Source: Euglena gracilis
Lineage: Eukaryota
Length of the DNA stretch: 64,000 bases
Reading direction: 5' to 3'
NCBI GenBank assembly: GCA_039621445.1
Contig: CP154954.1
Coordinates: forward strand, 6,049,693 to 6,113,692
Positions 50,140-64,000 of this stretch are shown piece by piece. Numbering within the stretch: the first letter of the stretch is position 1; every line of letters starts with the position of its first letter. The position numbers and the translations under genes are program-made. The notes below the pieces were generated by a model. The model worked only from the letters and a program-made list of their open reading frames with translations. It was not told where the DNA came from and ran no database searches.

Positions 50140-51190
50140 CTGAGGGAATACGATGTGCAGGGGCAACCAGGCAAATCACCCCAGAGGGAGCAAAACATTT
50201 TGTCCCCTATTTTATCATTTCCAAACAGGAAGGAAAGGAAAGATTAATTTCAGATTGTCGACAGTTAAATCAACATTTCACCCCCCAGAAGTTCAGACTG
50301 GAACACATAGGAAACATTTTCCCATATCTCAGAAAGGGTTGGTTCTGTGGAAAAATAGATCTAAAGCTGCACAGCAGCCTGGAAAAGCATGTCTGCATGC
50401 AAGTGGGGGGGGAAACGTGGCAATTTCAAGCTGCATGCTTTGGGATAAGCAGCCTGCCACAAAAGTTTATGACTCTCATGAGAGTCTGGGAAAGGAAATG
50501 GAGGAAGGAAGGAAAGGTAGTTTTCATCTACCTAGACGACATTTTGCTGTTAGCCCCCAGCAAAAAGACAGCAGCCCAGCATTTAGCAGAAATGAAAAAA
50601 GATCTTTTACTGGCAGGTTTCAGAATAAACCTCCCCAAATCATGTCTGGAACCAACACAAGAAATAAAGCATTTGGGCCAGTGGATCAATTTGAAAAAAG
50701 GCCAGCTGGAAATTCCACAGGAAAAATTAAAATCCCTAAGAAAGGAATTAGGAAAGGTGCTGACAGCACAAAAGATGAGCTGCAGAAAACTCAGCTCTAT
50801 TGTGGGGCAAGTCAGAAGCTATTTAGTTTCAATGCCTTTTCTCAGAATTCTGACAGATCAACTTTGCAAAATGGTGGATTTGCACACAAAGTGGGGTTGG
50901 GACCACACCCTGACCATTCCCCAGGGGGTCAAAGATCAAATTGTGGAGTTAAAAACGTTTTTGCAGCCAGGTGTGGGCAGAGCCTTTCAATCCCAGGCCT
51001 CTCAGGAACTGTTCTCAGACAGCAGCACCTGGCAATGGGGGGGGCTGGACAAAAAGTCTGGTCAAAAGGTCCAGGATTTCTGGAGGGACCTGCCTGTCCT
51101 TCACATCAATCAAAAAGAATTGATGTCTGCAGTGGAAACTGTAAAGGCTTTGGCAAAACCAAAACAAACCATTGTTCTTCATGTGGGCAG
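50140..51190 (+). CDS. DIRS B reverse transcriptase-RNase H (small internal deletion after KIDLK)
   Basis: RLISDCRQLN, KIDLK, YLDDILL, FSDSSTWQWGG, HINQKEL. Confidence 0.88.
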
Positions 51191-52660
51191 TCAGTTATTT
51201 GACAAAATGGGGAGGCAAAAAGCCATATTTAAATTCCATCCTAAAACCCCTTCTGTACCATTGCCAAGAAAGGCAAATCAACTTGCAGGTGGTTTGGGTT
51301 CCCACAAAAGAACAATTGGCAGACTCCCTGACCAGGGAGCAAAAAGATCCAGGGGATTATACCCTGAACCTGACCATTTTTCACCAGATTCTGAAGTTTT
51401 TCAAAAACCACATCACCCCAGAGGTGGACATGTTTTGCACACCCAGCAACAAAAAATTCCCCAAGTTCATTTGTCGATACCCCCACCAAGGGGCTTTGTT
51501 GGTGGATGCTCTGAAGGCAGATTTAAGGGGTCTCCCCCCAGTTTATGCCAACCCTCCCTGGAGCATCATTCCCCAATGGGTTCAGAGATTAATGTTAAAC
51601 CCAGACCTAATTTGTCTGTTGATTGTACCCCACTGGGCTTCGACATCATGGTGGCGCCAATTAATGTCAATCAGGCAGCCAGGCAGCAAGGTTTTGCTAG
51701 TACCCCCCCCACCAACTGCTGGGGGGGAGGAGATGCCCCCCCCCAAGGTGGAATTTGGCCTGCTTGATTGTGTCAGGCAAATATTACAATCCCAGGAACT
51801 TTCGATGTCCAGTATCGACACTTACATAAAAAATCTGGGAAATGTCAAAAGATATGACTCAGCCTTCAGGGCATTGGTGGGTCAATTATTGCACAAAGGG
51901 GTGCCTCTGCAGCAGTGCACAGTCCCCAAGATGGCTGAAGCCATCCTTGATCTTGCTGTTCATAGCATCAATACTGCACGAAATGCATATGCAGCAGCCT
52001 TATTACTCCCAGGGTTTGGGTCTTTGAGATTTTCACCCCTTCTGGCTCCATTGAAAAGGAAGTGGAATGCCAATGTCTGCAAGTATGCCCACTTTTGGGA
52101 CCCCACTGATTTCCTAGAAAACATCATGAGGAATTCCACACCCCTCTCAGACCTATCTGTGAAAGAGCTCAGAAACAGACTCATCATCTGTTGGAGGCTT
52201 TTGGCCCTCCACAGGGGGGTTGATTTAGCCAGGACAAAGCGAAAAATCAGTTTCGTGGGAGAAAAATTTTTCATTTTATTGCAAAGGAAAGGGTGGCAAT
52301 TCCCAAAATGGGAAGAGATTTTGAATTTGCCACACACCCCCCTCATAAGCCCATGGCATTTATTGAAAGAGTATGCGGAAAGGACAGCCCACATGGTTGG
52401 GCACAAAAATAATTTGTTGTGGTCTTTGGATGGTAAAAGACCTTTGACATCAGAAAGGGTGAATTCCCTAACCAAAGAAATTCTGCAGGGGGGGGGTGGA
52501 CACCACCCACTGGAAACCCCACAGCACCAGAGGGGCTGGGGTCTTATGGTGGAAAAATGCTGGTTTGCAAGTGGAAGAAGTCCAGCAGCTGGGTCAGTGG
52601 AAAAATTTTGGTGCCTTCCAAGCTCATTATTTGAGGCTGGGAGTCGTGTCAAAAATTTAA
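51172..52660 (+). CDS. DIRS B methyltransferase and tyrosine recombinase region
   Basis: VDMFCTPSN, YANPPW, LHRGVDL; HSTRGAG and HYLR appear after a poly-G frameshift near 52490. Confidence 0.85.
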
Positions 52661-53215
52661 AAATATTATGGCCCAAAGGGGGGTGCACAGTACCTCACCA
52701 TCTCGCAGTGCGGAGCCCGAATGGTCTCGGGCTCCCACGACAAAGGAAGGGGGAGGAAGGGACCAAGAGGGCGAAGCACAAGAAGATGGTGAGCCCAACC
52801 CCCCCCCCCCAAAAAATCAAAGAAAAACAACCCCAACAGAAAAAGGAACCCCAACCAAACAGCCCCAAACACCCACCCAGAAACACAAAAAAAAACCACC
52901 ATCGCCATCAGGGGGGGGGGGCTCACCAAGCGACCATGGGAGAGGGGGGGGCGGGGCCACGGCGGTTCAGCTTCGCCAAGGTGTCGGAGGAGGCCTCATC
53001 ATCGCCAACTCCGGCAACAAAGGCGCAGTAAGAAGCACCCCCGCGCACGCACAAACACACCAGAACAAAACAGCCGGCAAGGAAAGCAGGACCTCACCAT
53101 CTTCTTGTGCTTCGCCCTCTTGGTCCCTTCCTCCCCCTTCCTTTGTCGTGGGAGTCCGAAAGTGGATCCTACGCTTACGGAAAAGGGCAAACCCCAAGTC
53201 AACCCGGCAAAAGGC

Positions 53216-53355
53216 AAAAGGCGAGCACGGCATAGCCTCACAATGTCTTTGTGCTTCGCCCTCGGTGACCCTTCCTCCCTTTTCGGCTTTCCTCGAGGGA
53301 CACCTCGGGCTCCGCAATTTGCCGGTGAGCAAGGCATGGCCTCACAATGGCAAAG
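53216..53355 (+). mobile_element. Remnant of a DIRS A-family right ITR joined to a left terminus
   Basis: Diverged copy of 48410-48490 followed directly by CACCTCGGGCTCCGCA, the left-end sequence of copy A. Confidence 0.75.
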
Positions 53356-54866
53356 GCGGTGAAAAAAATCGAAAACGAATTCTGTCCGAAACGATGTTTT
53401 TTGGCCTCCCGGCTCCGGAAAAAGCTGTTTTTGAGCTGAACTTTGCACCAAAAAACATCCACCCCAAACGTCCCCCACATCCACCCAGACATAACCGCAG
53501 TCGCTCCACTTTATGCCTTTTGTGAAAACAACCCCAAAAGACGGAAGTGCGGAAATTTTGCCAAATCAAAAAAAGTAAAAAACCCACAAAAAACGCTTTT
53601 GGCCTCTCTCTGCTCGGCAGGAAATGATGGTTCCAGCACCGAAGCATGCACTGATGGGGATGTCTTGCCTTGGGGATGTCACGTCAAAAAGTATATAATG
53701 CCAAAGCAAAAAAAAAAAAAACGAAGGACAGGAATTATTGCGATCGACAGACAGATCAATCAGGACTGTCTGCAAGCTGCAGAAAACGTTCAACGCGGGG
53801 AACAAAAACAGGGAGAGAAAATGATGCCACTTTCATACAAGGTGACAGACATGCACCAGGAAAGAATCATTCTGGTATATGGCATCGACAAACAATAGAA
53901 AAAAAAAAAAAAAAACAGAGAAAAACAAAAAAGAAAACAAAAATATACAATCTTTCGGTGAATCATCAGAACTTCATTTTCAGAACAATTTGACATCCTG
54001 AAAAACTGCAATATTCGGCATTTATAAACTGCTTTTAACACAGGAATACATGATTTGGGAAAAGAGTAACTCATGATTCAATTCATCCCAAAATCCAGGG
54101 GAGGGAGGAGGGATAATTTTCATAATCTCCAAAACAAACAGTTTCTGTGGAAAATTCTTAGGGTTAGTGAGCCATGAAAATGAATTTACAGCTACCTGAT
54201 GAACGGACCCCAAGAGGCTGTCCACTCATGTGAGGTTAATTAGTCCGGTAACTGTTTCAATTCTTCCAGCTTTGGTTCACTGGCCCCGAAACTAATGTTG
54301 GACTGAAATATTTGCCACATTTCAAATCGCGTTTCGGGTAAAATTTGGCCTAATTTCGGCCTGAAGGAAACCAACCCATTGCATCATTAACCATTACACT
54401 AATGAACCCTAACAGACCACTGACTAACCAAACCCTATATCCTGACCAACAACCACTACCCTATTTAAGAAAAAAAATGCTAACCCATATCACGAAACAA
54501 GCTTCGGCACATAACCAACATCTAGTATGCAGTTGCCAACTTTCTCTTGATCAATCAAAATGGGGACATACCTTTGGCTGCAAATTTTCAAATGATGCAA
54601 ATTGAGATTCCAAATCACATTTGTAGTTGCAATAATATAACATTCAACATTCGATGATGAGCAAAACTGTGGACAATTTCTGTGATGCATTTGCTCAAAG
54701 ACCAACAGCAAAATTCCACCGAAAAAGATGTGCGAATTGTGATCACAGAAGGAGTGGAGTAAGCATCTGGTCAAATTTGGGAGTTGACATCTCTGTTCAA
54801 ATCCTGGCCACCTGGTCACCACTTTAAGCAACGCATTGGGGGCTGGGAGGATCGCCAAACCGGCGT

Positions 54867-60241
<5,375 letters not shown>

Positions 60242-60259
60242 TGAGGGGGGATACGGATC

Positions 60260-60280
60260 CTGGGAGAAAGGAGACAAATT
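60260..60280 (-). promoter_or_regulatory. Pyrimidine tract + AG just upstream of the MGST3-like ATG (candidate spliced-leader trans-splice acceptor)
   Basis: Minus strand ATTTGTCTCCTTTCTCCCAG, about 18 nt before the ATG. Confidence 0.5.
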
Positions 60281-61066
60281 ATGGAAGCTGTGTTTGTTTG
60301 TGCATGGCGAAAAATGAATGAATCCGACCGTTAAAATGAAACTTTGATCCTGCTATTTTGTTACGCTTCAACTCACTGTTCATTCAGAAAATGTTTTATG
60401 GGGGAAAGACATTTTTAGATTTCAAAATGAGGGCATAAGAAACACACAAATTTGAAAACCTGCAAAATTGATATAAAACAACGTGTTTCCTCGAAATTTG
60501 CAGTTCTGTCACAATAAATAAAGACTGTAATTGTGGCAATAACCCTAATCCCATCCATTACGGACCACAATAGGAGTATTTTGAGGTTAAGATGAGAGAT
60601 TCATTTAATGACCTCGGGCCAAAAAGGGTTTTTGGCCCCTTTTCCTGGGCCAAAAACCCACCACCCAACTTTTTTTCTTCAAAAACCCACCCACCCAAAA
60701 CCCCCTGGGGGCTCTACCCCCACCCACCCACCCACCCACCCAAAACCACCCAGAATCACACCAAAGGCCTTCAGCCGAGCTGGACTGACAAATGCCACAC
60801 CCAACCCCAGGAGTATAAAAAAAAACAACTCTAAGCACATTCAAGGGAAAGTTCACCGAAAAAAGGGTCATATAAATTTCAACAAAAATGGGTCGACTTC
60901 GGGGAAGAAGTCACATCTGGCATCCTTGGACCATCGCCCATCCACCCAGACGTCAAAAGATATATTTTTCGACATCTTGTCTTTCGAGTTCGACCCCTGG
61001 ACCGGCTGTTGGCTGCTTAGGGTGGTGTTCAAGGGGCGGTCGTCGTGGGGGAGAAAGAAGGGACCC

Positions 61067-61494
61067 CAGGGTTCGATATAAGGAGAGGAGGGGGGGGGTG
61101 GTCCGGACCCCCCTGCGGGCCAGGAGGGGGGGGGGTGGGGGGGGGACACTCCCCCCACCTAAACAGTGGCGCGGTCAGGGTGACTGATTTTCGGCATGGC
61201 GCGAAGCGCCGGGCCGAAAAATTTTGACCCCCCAAAACGACCAAAAGTGCCATTTTGGGCACTTTTTGGGCAAAAATTGGCCAAAAATGCAAAAAAATTT
61301 TCGGCGCGAAGCGCCGGAGGAAAAAATTGACCCTTTTTTGGGGGGGTCCCGGGTACCCCCCGAGGGTCGGTCCAGACCCCCCTTGCAGGTGGGGGGGGGG
61401 GTGGTCCGGACCCCCCCTGCGGGCCAGGAGGGGGGGGGGTGGGGGGGACACCCCCCCACCTAAACCATGTACGCCCTCCTTATATCGAACCCTG
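61067..61494. mobile_element. hAT-like MITE, same family as 2699-3166
   Basis: Same 18-bp TIR; AGGGACCC duplicated at 61059-61066 and 61495-61502; shared subterminal sequence. Confidence 0.92.
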
Positions 61495-63537
61495 AGGGAC
61501 CCCCCTGGTCCGGAACCCCTACGCATGGGGGAGTCCTGACTCTCTCTCTGATCAAGCAAAAGAGGGACACACCGTGACCCCAAACCATGGACACCTTGAC
61601 TTGAACGAAACCCTCCCCTGGGGGTTCTCCTCAGATCAGGACCTGCCTTCCAGATTGACTGGTCTGGCCAGCAAGAAATCCCAATCAGTTGATTTTAACG
61701 CTGTATGGGTCGGCTGCGTTTCAGATCGCATCGCAGGACCCAGACGCAAGCATAGAGGCGAGAACAGAGACGAACCATCTTCACTGCAAACACAAATAGA
61801 CTGCCAACGGTCAGCCTGATCACTTGCGTGGCGGGCCGTACCAAGAATTTTTGAGTCCAACCCTGGGAGGAGGCGGTCTAAGCACTCAATCTACCAACCC
61901 AGGGGGATATCTGAGAACATTCATTACCCCCCCCCCCCGGGAAATTGACGCCACCGGGCAATTGCCGCCCCCGGGCAATTGTCACCCCTAGCTGTGCCGG
62001 CCAATATGTCACCCCGGGAAATTGTCACCCCCCTCCGTGCTGCCCAATCTGTCACCCCCCCACAGAAGATGTTTGTGAACTTTCTTCTCGCCGACACGAC
62101 AGCCAAATGAGTTTAGTGTAAGATGGCACTGGAATTGCATTTGAAGGCTTTCAGCATCTGAGAACGTTCATACCAAACTGAAAACAAATAGAACGTATCA
62201 GACCAGACTGATTCCCTGCAGTGTGTTCAAAAGAAAAAAAACAAAAAAAACAAAAAAGGGACTCTTGAAATACCTCCCACCCAACTGCCGCACGTGCAAA
62301 AATAAAATAAAAAGTCGCAACTGGAGAAGGGGCTACTCCCCGGAGAGTGTGCGAGAACTCCCTGGGAGGGCTGAAACCATGGTTTGATATTGTGGGACAA
62401 AGGCAAGTTTCAGCTTGACACGGCAAACAATTGAGGGGCAGCAATCAACAATAACCTCCCCAAATTTCATATTATTATACCCGCCCCCCCCCCCCTTGTC
62501 GTACGACCGGGTTCCTGAAACCTGTGACCGGGGGGGGGGGGTGGTTGTAACACCCCACTAACCTTCAATCTGGGACCGGGGGGTGGTCATAAATGGGGGG
62601 TGGTCGTACGACTAGGGGACTAGGGGGGGGGGGTAATTTGTAAGGGAGAAATTAGGCCCAAATTCAGCCTAACTTTGACCGAAAGCGGTTCCACCAAACT
62701 CCACCCCATTTCAAAATTTTCAAAAAAGTGAGATATTGCCGGAAGACTGGCCTTAACTCTAACCCTATTCCCCTGAGATAACCCCAACTTTCCGAATTCT
62801 TTCTGGGTGGAACTATAGGGCCCTTCCCCTTGGATGATCTGCATGCCCCCCCCTGGATGGCACAGGCTCAAGCTGAACAATTTATTTTGCCAGAAAAGGT
62901 TGCCTTTTGCCTTCGCCTCAGAACATAAATTCACTCAGTGACTCCCCGGGTGGGGGTACTTTTTCCCGGGCCCAAACCCCCCCCCCCCCAATCCCCCCCC
63001 CCCCAAGAGGGTCAACCACCCATCCACTCAAATCCAGCCAAATACAGCCAAAAACGCTAAAAACACTTACTGGCCCAGCCTTTTGGTCGGGCAAAAACCT
63101 GACCCATGGTGCACCCCACGGGGGTAGTCCCGGGGCCCAACCCACCCATCCACTCTCGAAAAGCCCCTCGGGGGAGGGCTCACACAGCTGTTAAATGAAT
63201 CTATGCTCCAGACAATGATACTTTTCAAAATCTATTTCTGTCTGGCATTTAAATTTGGTAAACAAGGGGCTCTACATTTTTGAATTGTTCTCACAAGCGG
63301 AGTTCATATTTGGGGTTGTCCCAGGAGGGTCACGGTCGGGGATCTTGTTTAAGATCCTCGTGCATGAATGTGAAATGTGAAAAATACACAGCAAAAACCT
63401 TGAATATAGTGTGCCCTGTGAACTCCCCTTTGCTGTGCAAGTCTTCTGACACACAAATGCCTTATGCAAAATGCCAAAAATACAACCACAGCCAATTGGC
63501 ACATAGCACGTAGCATAAATGTATGGTGTATGGCACT

Positions 63538-63777
63538 AAACCCCCCCTAATAGAAGCACGGGGCCGCTACAAGCGCAGGGTCCAAATAAAAGTGCACCCC
63601 CGCCGCCGAAGGCGGCGGTCTGCTACAGGCGCACCCCCCCCCCATTTTGATGGGATTTCTAAAGAAAATCAACCAAAATCGCGCAGACAGGGTCCAAATA
63701 GAAGTGCACCCCCGCCGCCGGAGGCGGCGGTCCACTATAAGCGCACCCGTGCTTCTATTAGAGGGGGGGGGGGTTAA
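63538..63777. mobile_element. MITE with CCCCCTAATAGAAGCACGG TIRs
   Basis: The right end reads CCGTGCTTCTATTAGAGGGG; internal direct repeat GGGTCCAAATARAAGTGCACCCC. Confidence 0.65.
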
Positions 63778-64000
63778 CTACAGTGATATGGCGGATGGCA
63801 CTATCTCGAAATATTTTGAGGTTGTTGTAAGGATGCAATTTAAGCCTCCCCCTTTGCGGGGCCTGAAAATTTCAGACGTTGCTTGATTCAACTGCCCCAG
63901 GTTGCATTCACCGCCACAAGCCTTGACCCCATAGATGAAATTGGACGCTGCAATATCCAACGGTGGGAAAAAAATTCCTGTGCTCAGCCTTCACACAAGC

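Larger units (their letters stand above)
48529..53159 (+). mobile_element. DIRS1-type retrotransposon, copy B (a different subfamily)
   Basis: Left ITR 48529-48630, ICR 52692-52793, right ITR 53025-53159; same gene order as copy A. Confidence 0.93.

Overview
Eukaryotic, repeat-rich genomic window, most likely from a euglenid (inferred from stem-defined non-GT-AG introns, short GC3-rich exons and trans-splice-like acceptors). It holds two intron-rich host genes on the minus strand: a Rab3 GTPase-activating protein catalytic subunit (RAB3GAP1-like, about 26 exons over 1600-27148, 5' end not found) and a complete 143-aa MAPEG/MGST3-like gene (54867-60241) whose five introns all lack GT-AG ends. 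Between them lie a degenerate Crypton-like tyrosine recombinase with a downstream PHD finger inside nested inverted repeats (about 31.8-39.0 kb), and two adjacent DIRS1-type retrotransposons (RT-RNaseH, adenine methyltransferase, tyrosine recombinase; ITR+ICR structure). There are also many MITEs, satellites and microsatellites. Main lead: hAT-like MITEs with CAG...CTG ends and exact 8-bp target-site duplications have the same 3+5 nt geometry as the non-conventional introns, suggesting a transposon-to-intron (introner) system. All homology calls come from recalled family motifs, not from database searches.
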